From Felis catus (taxonomy: Eukaryota), in contig NC_058368.1 of the NCBI RefSeq assembly GCF_018350175.1, forward strand, positions 133,488,001 to 133,552,000: DNA of 64,000 bases. The letters are read 5' to 3'. The notes beneath the pieces are model-generated. The model saw only the letters and a list, made by a program, of their open reading frames with translations, searched no databases and was not told where the DNA came from. Shown piece by piece: positions 13,285-25,676 of the stretch. Numbering within the stretch: the first letter of the stretch is position 1; the number at the start of each line of letters is the position of its first letter. Position numbers and translations under genes: made by a program.

Positions 13285-13496
13285 AAAAAGTTTCTTAATG
13301 TTTGTTAATTTTTGAGAGAGCACGAGCAGGGGAGGGACAGAGAGAGAGGGAAACACAGAATCTGAAGCAGGGTCCAGGCTCTGAGCTGTCAGCACAGAGC
13401 CTGATGGAGCCTGATGTGGGGCTTGAACCCACAAACATGAGATCATGACCTGAACCAAAGTCAGACACTTAACTGACCGAGCCACCCAGGTGCCCC
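13285..13496 (-). mobile_element. CanSINE (Fc2-like) with internal gagcctgatg duplication
   Basis: SINE body; TSD aaagtta(t/c)tgtta on both sides. Confidence 0.92.
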
Positions 13497-13577
13497 AAAA
13501 GTTACTGTTAAATAGTAATGCAAAACAATTAGTTTCTTCAGTATTTTATGAATTGCTCACTTTGTTCATGAATTCTT

Positions 13578-13789
13578 TTTTTTTTTTTTAAGGGTTATTT
13601 ATTTTTAAGAGACAGAGACAGAGCGTGAGCAGGGGAGGGGCACAGAGAATGGGAGACATAGAATCTGAAGCAGGCTCCAGGCTCTTAGCTGTCAACATAG
13701 AGCCCGATGCAGGGCTCGAACTCATGAACTGCGAGTCTATGACCTGAGCTGAAGTTGGACATTTAGCCAACTGAGCCACCAGATGCCCC
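13578..13789 (-). mobile_element. CanSINE (Fc2-like)
   Basis: SINE body; TSD atgaat(t/c)ctt. Confidence 0.92.
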
Positions 13790-13809
13790 ATGAATCCTTT
13801 CTTCTTCTT

Positions 13810-13897
13810 CTTTTTTTTTTTTTAAATAATCTCTATGCCCATCTTGGGACTGGAACTCATGACCCCAAGACCAAGAGTCACATGCTCTACTGACCAG
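13810..13897 (-). mobile_element. Short tRNA-Lys-like carnivore SINE
   Basis: taatctctatgccc...gaactcatgacccc...aagagtcacatgctctac; same family as the copy at 25677-25786. Confidence 0.8.
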
Positions 13898-14943
13898 TGT
13901 CTCTTGGGAACCCTTTTGTGACAAAACAACTCTATCGTAGGAGCAGTGCTCTTGGCTCTCTTTTCACCAAATCTTTAAAAAAAAAAAAATACATGGTTCA
14001 AACTGCTTTTCTCCTCTCAGTATTAAGTCACCTTTTCTTAATGAAAAGCTGGGACTATGTTACCTTATATTTAGTCACACATGTTGTGTAACTCTTGTGT
14101 AGTTCCCGTGTGTGTCTTTTATAATTCCCCAATTCCCCAAATGAAAAACTTTTTCCATTTTTTAGAGCATTCTGCATGACAAGTAGAATTGTAGACTTTA
14201 CAGAACCAAAAGGAGGGAGGAAGAAACAGGCTTAGATGATTTATCCAATTCCTTGATTTTTTTTTTAGGTGAAGAAGATTGGGCTTTTCAGAAAGGTCCT
14301 ATTTTTAAGTAGACCTAATCTCCACTCATGAGCCAAAAGGAATTAGGAGGCATGTAATGAAAATGAGTCTCTGGAAAAGATAATATTTGAATGAAAAGCA
14401 AAATGGTACCTCATAGCAATAAAGTTATGCCTTTCCCTAAATGCTTAAGATTAAATGCCGCATGACTTTGATATGTGGCTATGGAAAATATGTGGGCTAT
14501 AAATAAATGAATCATAGATATATATCAAGCACTCCCCCCTCCCCCCGCCCCCGTTTCTCTCCATTGAATTCGTGAAGCCTAAAACATGTCGTATTATTTT
14601 AGCACTCTCTTTCTCTGCAGGGCATATATAAATACTAGGAACTCAGTAAATGTTGTTATTGGCTGGTAAGGAAGAATAATCCACAGACCTTCAACTGGGT
14701 TGGCAGCTCCTGAGCCATTTGAATCTCAGATGGAGTCCAGAATGTTGGGGATTTTATTGTGTGATGGGAGACCATTTCCGCATTGCACTAAATTTCTGAA
14801 TCTTAACTGTTCTGTCTCCTTTGCATCAGTTCACATTCCTTTTTAGTTAGAAGAACTCAGCTGAACATTGTTCATTGGTGAATCTCTGTGTGTTCTGGCT
14901 GAGTTTTTCCTGAGTATGTTCCTGAGTTTTTCACTTTCTGGAA

Positions 14944-15139
14944 TAGTGCTGTCCAGTAGAGCTCACGGAGAGGGTGAAGTGTGTACTCTGCAATGTCCCC
15001 TGTTGTAGTCATTCGTCACAGGTGGCTTTTAAACTCTTGAAATGAGGCTAGGGCAACTGAGGAACCAAATTCTTCCTTTGACTTAATTTAAGTTTAGCCA
15101 ACCACATGTGGTTAGTGGCCGCTCTGTTGGACAGCACAG
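14944..15139 (+). mobile_element. MER3 (hAT-Charlie MITE)
   Basis: TIRs agtgctgtcca...tggacagcacag, internal ccacatgtggttagtggc, 8-bp TSD ttctggaa/ttctagaa. Confidence 0.85.
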
Positions 15140-17260
15140 TTCTAGAAGCTTGAAAACACATCAGTTCGTGTTTCTTTCTGTCTTGTTTTGTAGCTGTGTG
15201 TCCTCAGTCTCTCCCCACCCCTTGCAGGGATACGGTTTCTGTCTTTGTTCTCAGGAGTGCTCAGTTCTTTCACCAGATACATCCTGTTAGCATGTGCTTC
15301 TCCACCCTAAAGAACATTCTCTGCCTGGATCTGAGAACTTGGCTCTTGGAAGACACTGGAGACTATGAGAAAGAAGTTTGAAACCCCCCCCCCGGTGCCT
15401 AGTTCACTCGTCATTCATGTTTTCCTTTTGACAGTATAAATGCAGTTTATATAGAGAAACTGAACTTATTTAAAAAATGAAAAATTCAAGCGAATCTTTT
15501 TTCTTACCAATATCTTAGGCAAAAATTGTTTAAACCATTGAAACTAATGACAAGTGCTCAGCTTGCACTCTTAGGACTATAGAAAATGTTTCTATTCAGA
15601 AGTAATCATATAAAATAACCACACTTAGTATAAGGATGAGGTTAAAATGCAGGTGTGATAAACTGACGTTTCATGCCAATTTTATTTTAGTTCAGTTACT
15701 ATCACCTGTAAAAAGTGGTGCCAGAAATTTTAGTAAATGTTACTTTTACATGCGCGTATGCGTTTTGTCTTCTGCAATACTGGTATTTGAGAAGACAAAG
15801 ACAGAAGGTCGGTTTTCAGCTGCCTGGAAGAAAGACAAGGCTAATATCTAACCTCACATTTCACATAATAAATTTATTAAAAAAAATTTTGTGTGTTTTT
15901 CTTTCCTAGTAGATAATACGGTGTTTACCCTGGGAGCCATAGGCCTGGAGGTTTTGTGGAGAACCTGAAATTATGACCAAATTTTAAAAATGGAATTGTT
16001 TATGAATTTATTTGGCGGGAGGAGTTGTAATTTTTATAGAATTCACAAATAGGTTCAGCTCATCCTGATATCAGTCAGTCCAGGCCTCATTCCATAGTAC
16101 CTTAACAGAGAGGAAGCCCTCCATAAATCCTTATGGAATACCATTGGAAACCATGTCTTTCATAGGAGATACACTGCCTTTTCTCTTTGTCAAGGCAGAA
16201 GAATCAATGATGACCTTCATTTTTTCACTGCTTCTGACCTTAGCTTTCCATGGTCTCCATGATAGGATGACACGGGACATTTAGTCCTGGAGGAGACAGC
16301 AGTGGGATTTGAGGGGATCTGGAGAAGGTGATTTTCCCATTTTCCCTGCTTGCTTTCTGTTGAAGCACACTCCAGTGCAAGCCTCAGCACCTTTGTATTG
16401 TCCCTTCCTTTCCAGTCCTTATCCAGGGTGTGTGACTTATGTCTTAACCTTTTCTCAGAAGTTCGACCTTGGAATGTTTAATGATATCTCCCGAGTATCA
16501 CTTATACCCTCCAACTAGGAAAGGGGCGGAAGATGTAAAATGCCAGGAGATGGAGAGTTCTTTTGTAACCATGCCTTGTCTGTTTTTCTTTTGTGTGTGT
16601 GAGTCTTGGCTTATGTGTGCTTCCCAGCCTGCTGGTAAACTCACATGCACACAAGTGGAGCTGTATCTCTATTCCGGGCCAGTCACAGAATTATTGTTGA
16701 ATAAAAGATTAAATGACCCAGAGAATCAAGTGTAAGTTCTGAACAGAGGTAGAAAGGCAACAATAACTACTTAGCTATGAAATTGGCAGTGGGTTAGTGT
16801 CAGGGGAATGAATCTCTGCGAGAGTTACGCTGCTAGAGTCTTTTAGTCTTTCTTGGAAAAAGCTAGAATGTGAATAAAGAAAGATGGAAGTAGCCCTCCC
16901 ACCTTCCTACAGTCAGGTACTGTTAACAGTGGTCCATTCCTTTCTTGGCTGTTCTTCGAGGTTTCTGAGCTGTGCTGCAGTGAAGGGCCTGTCATGGATG
17001 GTGGGAGAAAGTAACGAAACTGGTTTTCACACGTGATGCATGGAAGATGGTTGGCAGAGATGCAGATAGCAACAGAGGGAAGTACTCTTCTTAAATAACA
17101 AACAAGAAAACCTACGAGTAGGAACTAGGAAGTGCTATATTTGGTCAAACATGCTTGTGGCCTCTTAATTATATTTGGGCCAGCTGAATCAGTGTGGAGT
17201 TCGTTTCATGAGGTCACTGTGAACACATCATTCTCACAGCACTTGTACATGTGTGTCCCC

Positions 17261-17273
17261 GTGCATGCGCGCG

Positions 17274-17304
<31 letters not shown>

Positions 17305-17305
17305 A
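17261..17305. repeat. Compound (GC)8(AC)11 microsatellite
   Basis: 45 nt of uninterrupted purine/pyrimidine alternation. Confidence 0.95.
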
Positions 17306-18449
17306 GTCCCCTAGGTCAGAGGATGTTTGACATTGAGTTACCTTTTGCTGTGTAAGGAGTGATCCCCCAAATTCAATTGCTTAAAGAGCAGAACAACACA
17401 AAGCCAGACCCAACAGTATTAGGATGTTAGTTAGCATTCTAAAGCTTTCTTTGTTATCCAGGAGCACCCCAGTCGGGCGTTTCTGGCTCGGGGTCATTAG
17501 TGAGATTGCAGCCAGGCTACAGTCATTGGCAAGACTGCTGGGGGTGGGAGCATCACTGTCAGCTTGAGGGTGCTGTGACTCATGACTCAGGTCTGCCTTC
17601 TGACTTTCTGATGGTGGCAAATATTGAGCTACTTTTACGCCTTTCTCATTCGGAGCCGCGTCATCTTTGTGGGCTGTTGATAGTTCCCTTTCCTCTAACT
17701 TCTTTGACCTTTTATTTCTAACTTAATTATGTGCCATTGTTGATGATTACATTTTTGTAGTGAGGTACTGTCACTACATAAAATTCTGTAATGTAAGAAT
17801 CCTGAGAAGGTTTTGTATAGATGGTTTCCCTCTCATTGAAGTCTTGAATTATTGATATCTTCATTGTCATTTTCCTCCTTCTTCTTCTTTTTTTTACCTC
17901 TTGGTTTTAATTAGCTACAGTGATAAAAGATGCTTTATCATCAAGTAAAAAAATGTCAGTTACACTGGGTGATGCGTATAAAGTCATTTCGAAGTTTTCA
18001 AAAATGATTCTGAGAGCTGACTTTCCTGTTATTTTCCTATATTCTTAGTCATTTTGGAAATGAGGAAATGGTGCATGGCTTCCCATTCTGGGTGCAATAT
18101 CATTCATAAGCAATGTCAACGTAAAGTTAATTTTCCCTTCCAGGTAATTTGGTCTTTGCTGCCTCCTGCCAACCTGTTTAGCCACATGTGTTTCCTGTTC
18201 TTGGAGTTGAAGACAATTTTTGTTTACTTTCCTTGACTTCTATCCTTGTTGGGACAGGAATTCTTGGACTGACAAGGGGAGAGGGGTATATCTGGAAGAA
18301 AGAGCAATAGCGCATACAGAATACCTGGGCCCTTCCTACCCCAGCTTCATGGCATTTTTCACATAGTTCATCCTCCTATCCTATTCCACGAATGGAGGGA
18401 TTTTAACCTTGCTTCACTCTCCCTTCCCTTCCCTCTTAATAGTGCATCT

Positions 18450-18615
18450 TTTTTTTTTAAGTTTGTTTATTTGGAGGGAGAGAGAGAGAGAGGGAGGGAG
18501 AATCCCAAGCAGGCTCTGCACCGTCAGCACAGAGCCCGATGTGGGGCTTGAACCCACCAACTGTGAGATCATGATCTGAGCTGAAATCAAGAGTCGGAAC
18601 TTAACCAGATGCCTG
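18450..18615 (-). mobile_element. CanSINE (Fc3-like) with a deletion in the head
   Basis: aatcccaagcaggctctgcac...aaatcaagagtcgg; gactgagccacc is missing. Confidence 0.88.
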
Positions 18616-18632
18616 TCAGTAGTGCATCTCTT

Positions 18633-18852
18633 TTACTTTTTAAAAAATTTTTAAATGTTTTTATTTATTTTTGAGAGAGAGAGACAGTGTGAACAGGGGA
18701 GGAGCAGAGAGAGAGGGAGACAGAATCCAAAGCAGGCTCCAGGCTCCAAGCTGTCAGCACAGAGCCGGACACGGGGCTCGAACTCACAAACTGCGAGATG
18801 GTGACCTGAGCCGAAGCCAGATGCTTACCCGACTGAGCCACCCAGGCGCCCC
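18633..18852 (-). mobile_element. CanSINE (Fc2-like)
   Basis: Full-length; perfect TSD agtagtgcatctctt at 18618-18632 and 18853-18867. Confidence 0.95.
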
Positions 18853-19479
18853 AGTAGTGCATCTCTTAACTCCTTAGGTTACTTACAGCTAGTAATACCC
18901 TCAGGTATAAGTAGGCATTTATGTCTGTAACACATGCTATGGGTTGACTGTGTCAAGCCTTTTGCTCAGTTTTGGGGGAGCAGATAAGAGATGAGGATTC
19001 ACAGGGGCAGCAGACATAGTAACTAAAAATAGGATTATTTTCTTCTGTAAATGCTAAAATAAAACAATTAGCAAAGCAATCTTGTAATTGTTTTCCTTTG
19101 AGGAAGGAGGAAGATTTCCCTTGAGCAAGGAGAGTTAATTTCACTTACTTTGGCCATTCTTCCCATTGCTGTTTTTGTTGGTAGCATTTATGGAGGTGTC
19201 CTCCTCACTGTCTCGTGTATGCTGCTTTGGAACTTTGTTGTGAATCATTGCTAGGTTTCTTAGTAGTGGTCTCTATTGAGGGGCTACAATGGGAGCCTAC
19301 ACAATCCACGTATCTGTTTTGGGAATGCTTGGGCAATCCACTCCTTGCTTCCATGCATCTAGGATCCAACTGTGTGTTTGGGGAGATGGTTGCTTTAGGA
19401 TTAATCACGCGCATTGTAAATTGTAAAGCATTATAAGTTGCATTGCATTGTAAAGCATTACAATCTGATGTAAATTCCG

Positions 19480-19719
19480 TTTTAAGAAATGTTTATGTTT
19501 TGAGAGAGGGAGAGAGAGCTTGGGGCTGGGACAGAGAGGGAGGGAGGGAGAGAGAGAGAGAGAGTGAATGAATGAATGAATGAATCAATCAATCCCAAGC
19601 AGGCTTAATGCTGTGAGCTCAGGACCCGAAGCGGGGCTTGATCTCACAAACCGTGAGACCATGACCTGTGCTGAAATCAAGAGTTGGATGCTTAAGTGAC
19701 TAAGCCACCCAGACGCCCC
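19480..19719 (-). mobile_element. CanSINE (Fc3-like) with internal (GAAT)n
   Basis: SINE body; TSD tgatgta(a/g)attc. Confidence 0.9.
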
Positions 19720-20399
19720 TGATGTAGATTCTTAAAAGAGGCAGAGAAAACAAGGTGGAAGTGTCTGAGAACATAATTGAGGCTGGAAAGAATAGGAAGT
19801 TGCTGTGTATCTTGTCTCAGGACATTGGATGATGAATTCTGAGGAACACAGTATAGTAATATGTGCTGATTTAAAATTTTTATTTTGTCTGTTCTGGAGA
19901 CTGCTTAAGCAGGTCCTGCATTGTGGAATGCCAAAAACTGCATTGTAGAAGATGTATTTTTCTCCTTTGATATTTTCATGAAGCATCATCTCCCAGAAAT
20001 AAAGTGAGCACTTTGTGCATTAGTGCCTGGCATGTAGAGACTGTCTGTAAATACTAGTTCCCTTTCTCCTTCCTTATTTTGCGAACTATTTCCTTGCCTC
20101 TGTCAGCCTTCCATGGCTCAGTGGATTTGTTTGGAGGCTTTTATAGCATTAGGAGTGGATGGGGTAGGGAAGTTCAGTGAAAACATGGACTATAGAAACA
20201 GAGAGTGGAAAAGGAAGCAGGCTCAGTGAAGCCTCTTGCCTCCATCCAGGTGGCCCGCAGCCTGGGCCAGCTACGGCAGGAAAGTCAAGCTGCTGGTCCG
20301 TAGCTAGGTGCTAGAGCCCATGCTGTCTGTACAAAGGTGGGATGGGAAACAATATAGGAAGACCTTGGGTCTCACAGCTAGCCATGGATCTCCGTCTTC

Positions 20400-20570
20400 A
20401 TTGGCCCCTAGCTCAATAGCTTGGCTCAGTCACTTAAACTCCCTAAGCCTCAGTTTCCTTACCTGTAAAATGGGGATGGAAACAAGACCATGTCAGAAAG
20501 TGGTCTTAAAGGTGAGACGAGATCTGTGCTTAAAGCAGATAGCATGGTCCCTGGCATGTGGCAAGGGCTG
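20400..20570 (+). mobile_element. MIR
   Basis: agtcacttaaactccctaagcctcagtttccttacctgtaaaatggggat core. Confidence 0.8.
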
Positions 20571-20789
20571 TGCCTAGCTGGAGGAAGGGTGAGTGGATGG
20601 GGACTGTAGGGAAAGGGGACCTTGTCCAGCCACTCTGCTTGCTTTTACTCAGATGTGCTGAGCTCATTCTCACTTAGGGCCCTGATGCGGCTCCTCCTCC
20701 CCATCCCTCAGGTTGCTGCTCATATGGGCCCCTTTCAGTGACCTCCTCCTCTCATTGCCCACATGATGCAGTGTCCCACATCCTGTCCC

Positions 20790-20920
20790 ATGTCGTGCTG
20801 CTGCTTCTTTACAGCCCTAGCCCCCCTGAAGAAGGGGACTTGGCTTTGCTTACTGTTCTGTCCACAGGGCACAAACAGTGCTTGGCACATAGTAAATGCT
20901 TGGTAAATTTATGGAAGAAA
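20790..20920 (+). mobile_element. L2 3' end
   Basis: acagtgcttggcacatagtaaatgcttggtaaattt. Confidence 0.65.
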
Positions 20921-20921
20921 T

Positions 20922-21110
20922 GAGGCACTGGCAAACTTGTTTGGTCAAGGGCCAGAGAGCCAATGTTTGAGGTTTTGAGGGCCACATGGTTTCTGTGGCG
21001 ACTGTTCAACTCTGCTGTGCCAGGTGGAATGCAGACAGTATGTAAATGAAGCATGGCTGTAGTCCAGTTCACTTTTATTTGGCATGTGGGATATAGTTTG
21101 CTGATCCCTG
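20922..21110 (+). mobile_element. MER58A (hAT-Charlie)
   Basis: ggcaaact...aagggccaga...gggccacatggtttctgtggcgactgttcaactctgc...tagtttgctgatccctg. Confidence 0.8.
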
Positions 21111-21502
21111 GGATAGCAGTGAACGGTGAAGGGCAGGGACAGACCTTGAGGGCTGTGGTGGTTTGAGCTCGGTGAGAGTTGGGTCCTCTCAGCAGTAGCG
21201 TGTGACTGCAGCCATTAGAGGAATATGTGAAATGGGAAGACCAAACCCATAGCCCTGGTGGGCAGGTGCAGCCCGGCTCCTGGGAGCAGGGACAGTACAC
21301 ATGGACGGGAGCTCCACTGATCAGATGAATCCAGTGGGTGTGGCCTTGTAAGTGAGAGTTCTGCTTCCGTTTGTTGCCAGCTGGCTTTTGTTAATCTTTC
21401 AATAAACACTTACATGGAGGAATTCATTGTTTAAAGTCCCCATGTAAGGAGAAGAAATCTAATTTACCTACCGATGAGAGCCGTAGACTTTTTTTTTGAA
21501 AA

Positions 21503-21925
21503 TTTATATAGTGTGCTTTCCATGTATTAGGCATGAAGCTATTCCCATAAGCTTGTACACGTAACTTTACAAAGTTTCATCTTCGTGAAAGAACAGGTTA
21601 CTTTAAAGAAGGTTTGTTCACAGTGTAGATTTGATAAGTTAAACGTGCAGGTATTCCCACCTGCTTCTAACATATATTTGCGAACACATCTTCATGAAAG
21701 AAGGTGTTACCTGAAACACGCATTATATGCTGTGCAGTTTCACTGAGGTAAGAATAGGTCTATTCCCACGTGCTTCTACACGTACATTTACAAACATATC
21801 AGCGGAAGAAGATGTTACTTGAATGAGGGTTTATACATAACAGTGTAGTTTCCGTGAGGTAAGTGTACAGCTTTTCCCATATGCTTTTACCCATATGTGT
21901 AGAAACTTAATGAAAGAAGATGATA
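21503..21925. repeat. Diverged tandem repeat, ~110-bp unit, 4 copies
   Basis: Anchor t(a/t)ttccca at 21540, 21652, 21761 and 21872 (spacing 112/109/111). Each is followed by gctt and later a gaaagaa/ggaagaa block. Confidence 0.85.
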
Positions 21926-22345
21926 GGAGAACTGTAGATTTTTTTGAAAGAAGGCACTGACTCCACCTGTGGAGGGGTTGATCTGTTCTCAGGTAGATTT
22001 CAAACTCAGACATGGAAGTTGCCTTAACTTAGCATGTCCTTGACTCCAGTCTTTAGATCCACGTGTGTTCAATGTAGAGCCCTTCTCCCTTCCGCCTGTG
22101 AGTCTCTGGCAAGAGTGGAGAAATAAAGACCTGGGATGTGGCAGCCAGGCTGGGTCAGATGCTGACTATGAAGTTGCTTCCTGGGTTCATTGGCCAAGTC
22201 AATTTCAGACATGGTCAGATATCCGTGTGTGCGTGCTTTCCTAGGTGGGGACCGCTTGGCACTCTAGCTTGTCAGGAGCTTCCTGGGAGTTCTTGTGTAT
22301 TGCCTGGTTTTGTTTTTGTTCTTCGATGGGAAGAGAGAATTGCTT

Positions 22346-22377
<32 letters not shown>
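22346..22377. repeat. Poly(T) tract
   Basis: About 30 consecutive T. Confidence 0.9.
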
Positions 22378-22378
<1 letters not shown>

Positions 22379-25300
22379 GCTCACATTAGCTATATTTAAA
22401 ATAGTAGTTTTAGAATTTTTGTTTACAGACCAGGTTAAAAAAACAAAACCTGATGAAACTCAGACCTTTTAAGCCCTTCTTGGTTGCTGTGTGGATTGTA
22501 TTAGTGGAACTCTACCCAATCCTTCGGGGCTGTTTTGAGAACTCAAGGGATTCCTCTTTTGGAATTCTCTTTTGTCTGTTTTTATTACATGGTGGCTTCT
22601 GGTGAATGCTTCCTTTAGCAGAGTCGTGAACCTGTACCCAAAGGCAACATCTTTTCTTTCCTCGATTTCGTATAGTTGCTGGGAATCTCCTGATTTATTT
22701 TTTGCTCTTGTAACCTGGAGAAGAGTTTTCTTCCTGGGAAGCAAGGAGGGGATCAGAGCAGAGGACTCCCATTCTTCTTTGAAGAGTAGGTACAAACATG
22801 TTAGGAGGTTCCAGGGATGGTTGGTCAGCCAGTCAGAGTTTCTGATAACAGTGTGATCCGTAATCAGAGGATCGGAGTGATCAGAGCATTTCCGACCCAC
22901 ATGAACAGTAGAAAAGGAAGAAAAGGTAAGATGATGCATTTTCTGCAGTATCTACCAAGTTGTTAATTGTCTCCTTTGTCCTTCTTGTGTCTCTTGTTGC
23001 ATCTCCTACCCCTTTCCTTATCCCTTTATACCTCTTTCTCTGGCATTTTCTCCTTCTCCTTTGAGAACTCCAGTTCCTGTTCCCCTGGGGGGCTGGTAGG
23101 TTATACCTGGCCTGACTCTTGAGGACTGGGGAGTTTAGGTAGTGGACATCGGCTTGGGGTTGAACCCTATGAAGGTGTAAACTGGACAAAGGGAATCTGG
23201 GATATTGGCACCATTATTTAAACTTACAAAGCAAACCCTAAATCTTCCCAGTAGAGGCAGGGCCAAAGTGTTGCAGTTCATCAGGCCACAGACAGGAAGC
23301 CTGAGACCCAGTGCCGTAGTGGGATCTGGTCCCCAGTAGCCTGCATTTCAGAGGCAAGAGTCAGTCAGGGCGAAGCCCTGGGCACAAGGCAGCCCCCAGA
23401 CCTTGAGTTCCAAGGGCACATGCCAGGGACTAGTCATTGAGAAGCAGACTCAGCCTGCTGAGTGGGGGCCGACAGGGCAGTGACTTCCCCAGAGCTCTTG
23501 CCACATCACTTACTCCTCTTTCCAGCTTCCTCTCCCTTCCTTTCTCCCTCCATCCTTTCTTTCTCTTTCTTCTCCATTTCCCTCATGTTTCTGGGTTATT
23601 TTTTTTCCCCTCTTGAAGAAGAAATAAAGCTGCTAAAAATAGTCAGCATGACCTCACCACCCCCATCCCCAGAGCCCTCCTTCAAGGTCTCTATTTTCCA
23701 GTTTCTCAGTGACTGTTCTTCCGTCCTTCTAAATGGTTTCTGTCTAACCAGGTGACGGAAGCCTCCTGACTTCTGAGGACTCATGACTCATGATTCTTGG
23801 GAATACTTTTCTTAACAATATTTATTTTTGCCGCTTGGGTCAGAGTTTGGTTTGCTGCTGCTATCCACGTAGACTTGCTCAAACATCCCGTTTTTCTTCT
23901 CAATGCAAAAACATGAAATGAATATTAATTTATATGTTTGTTCAGGTAAAGAGCTTAAACATTATTTTACAAGGAGAGCGTATTTTGAAGTCCTCCCCCC
24001 CACCCCGGAAACTTGTATAAAGTTTATTTTTAGCCTTAATAGATATTACTTGAAAAGATGTTCTAGTGCTTGATAACCTTCTTATTGTCCTCAGAAAATG
24101 AACTAGGTTAAGAGAAGGAAGGGGGAAGAGAAGAAACATTTGCGTGTCTTCTCTTGCCAGGAGCTTTCCATATCGATATGTTAACTTAATCCACAGCAAT
24201 GCTGTGAGGGGGAGATAGAATGATCCTTATTTTATAGATGAAATTATAGTTGGATCTCCCTTACGTGGCCACTTGGCTGAATGTCCTCCTGGCTGTGGGC
24301 TTGCCTCAAACTGCTGTCTTCTTCCTCTCCTCTCTTGATTCTCTCAGGAAGTAGGAAGTGATGCCCCGCACTCTTCCTACAGCATCTGGCCCATGGTGGG
24401 CAGTTTGTGCCTCAGGAAGGATAGATGATGAGGACCAGAAAAGTTCTAGTCCTGCTGTATGGTGCGGGTGGTGAACCTGAGGACAAGTTGGTTGAGTTTG
24501 AAAAGTCCCGACCCAAAAACAAAATTAGCAAGTGTTTACATACCACTCCGTGCTGCATCTGGACTGGCTTCTGAGTATCTGAGAAGACCATAGTCTGTGC
24601 GAGTATATACAAGTCATGCCCTCCCCCCACCCCGCCACATTTCAGGCAAGAAGTGGTAACAGCATTTTCAGCTAACACAGAAAAGAAATAAATTAGGTGC
24701 CCAACCATAGCTCTGTTCAAAGCCACTTGTAGTCAGTCCCTAATGCCCAGTCCATCCTTGTACTGGTCATGTTTTTTGATGGTTGGGTTTTTGTGTCTGC
24801 CTCCTACACTTGGGTAGAAGTGCCCTAAGGAAGGCAACTGTCCATTCTGTTCTCAGTTTTTCAGTCCTTAGCCCAATGCCTAGTCCATAGTAGACATTTG
24901 GTTAAAACATATATTTAAAACAATCTTGAGTTAATAGAGCACGTATGAATAAAAAGCCATAGAAAATCATACAAATCAATTAGGATGGTGAATATCGGGT
25001 TGCAGGAGGCAAAGTAGGTAAGAGTGTGATAGGTAGGCTGTGATAGGCAATAGGTTGTAGGTCTGGAAATTTGGGTTCTGGTCTGCATTCATACACGATC
25101 TATTGTAAACCTGGGTGGTTGGCTTGATTTGTCAGGGCCTCAGTCTTGCAAAAAGCAGAAAATTAGACTACAGGTGATTTTTAGGTCCATTCTACTGCTA
25201 ATATCGTGTGATTCTATAACTCTGACTTAAGAATTTCAGGTGCGGAAGCCCTGGAAACTGCTTTTGTAGACTGCCAATTAGGATAGAACTAGACCATTCA

Positions 25301-25439
25301 GATTGGTTGACATCAAAGCCTAAGATCTATTCTTCTCTAGGGAGTCTTCTTGGATCAGAGATGGAAGAGGAAATTAACCTTTACTTTCTGGGGCTTCGTG
25401 TGCTTTGCTCTGCGTGCCCCTCTCTGTGAGGCTGTTAGG

Positions 25440-25590
25440 AACAGTGGAAGAAACTTGGGCTTTGGAGTCAGAAATCTTGGGCTTGATTGCTTTTGTGTAC
25501 TGCCTGAGAAGTTGATTAGTGTGGAGGGGCTAATCTTACTGAATATATTTCCTCATTGGTAAAATGGGAATAATAATAGTACCTCCTTGG
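25440..25590 (+). mobile_element. MIR
   Basis: gggctttggagtcaga...tttcctcattggtaaaatgggaataataatagtacct. Confidence 0.75.
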
Positions 25591-25676
25591 AGGTCTACTC
25601 CCTCTGCCAGAGGGGAAAGTAGGCACATAATGTAAAATTTTGTGGAGTCGTGAGAATTTTCCCTCTGACTTGATTG

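Noticed and set aside
21503..21925. CRISPR-like appearance (periodic hairpin repeats)
   Set aside because: Whole units are homologous with no unique spacers, there are no cas genes, and the context is a mammalian intron.
22346..22939. Poly(T) plus a 156-aa minus-strand ORF suggesting a processed pseudogene
   Set aside because: No polyadenylation signal next to the tract, no TSD, and no recognisable protein similarity.
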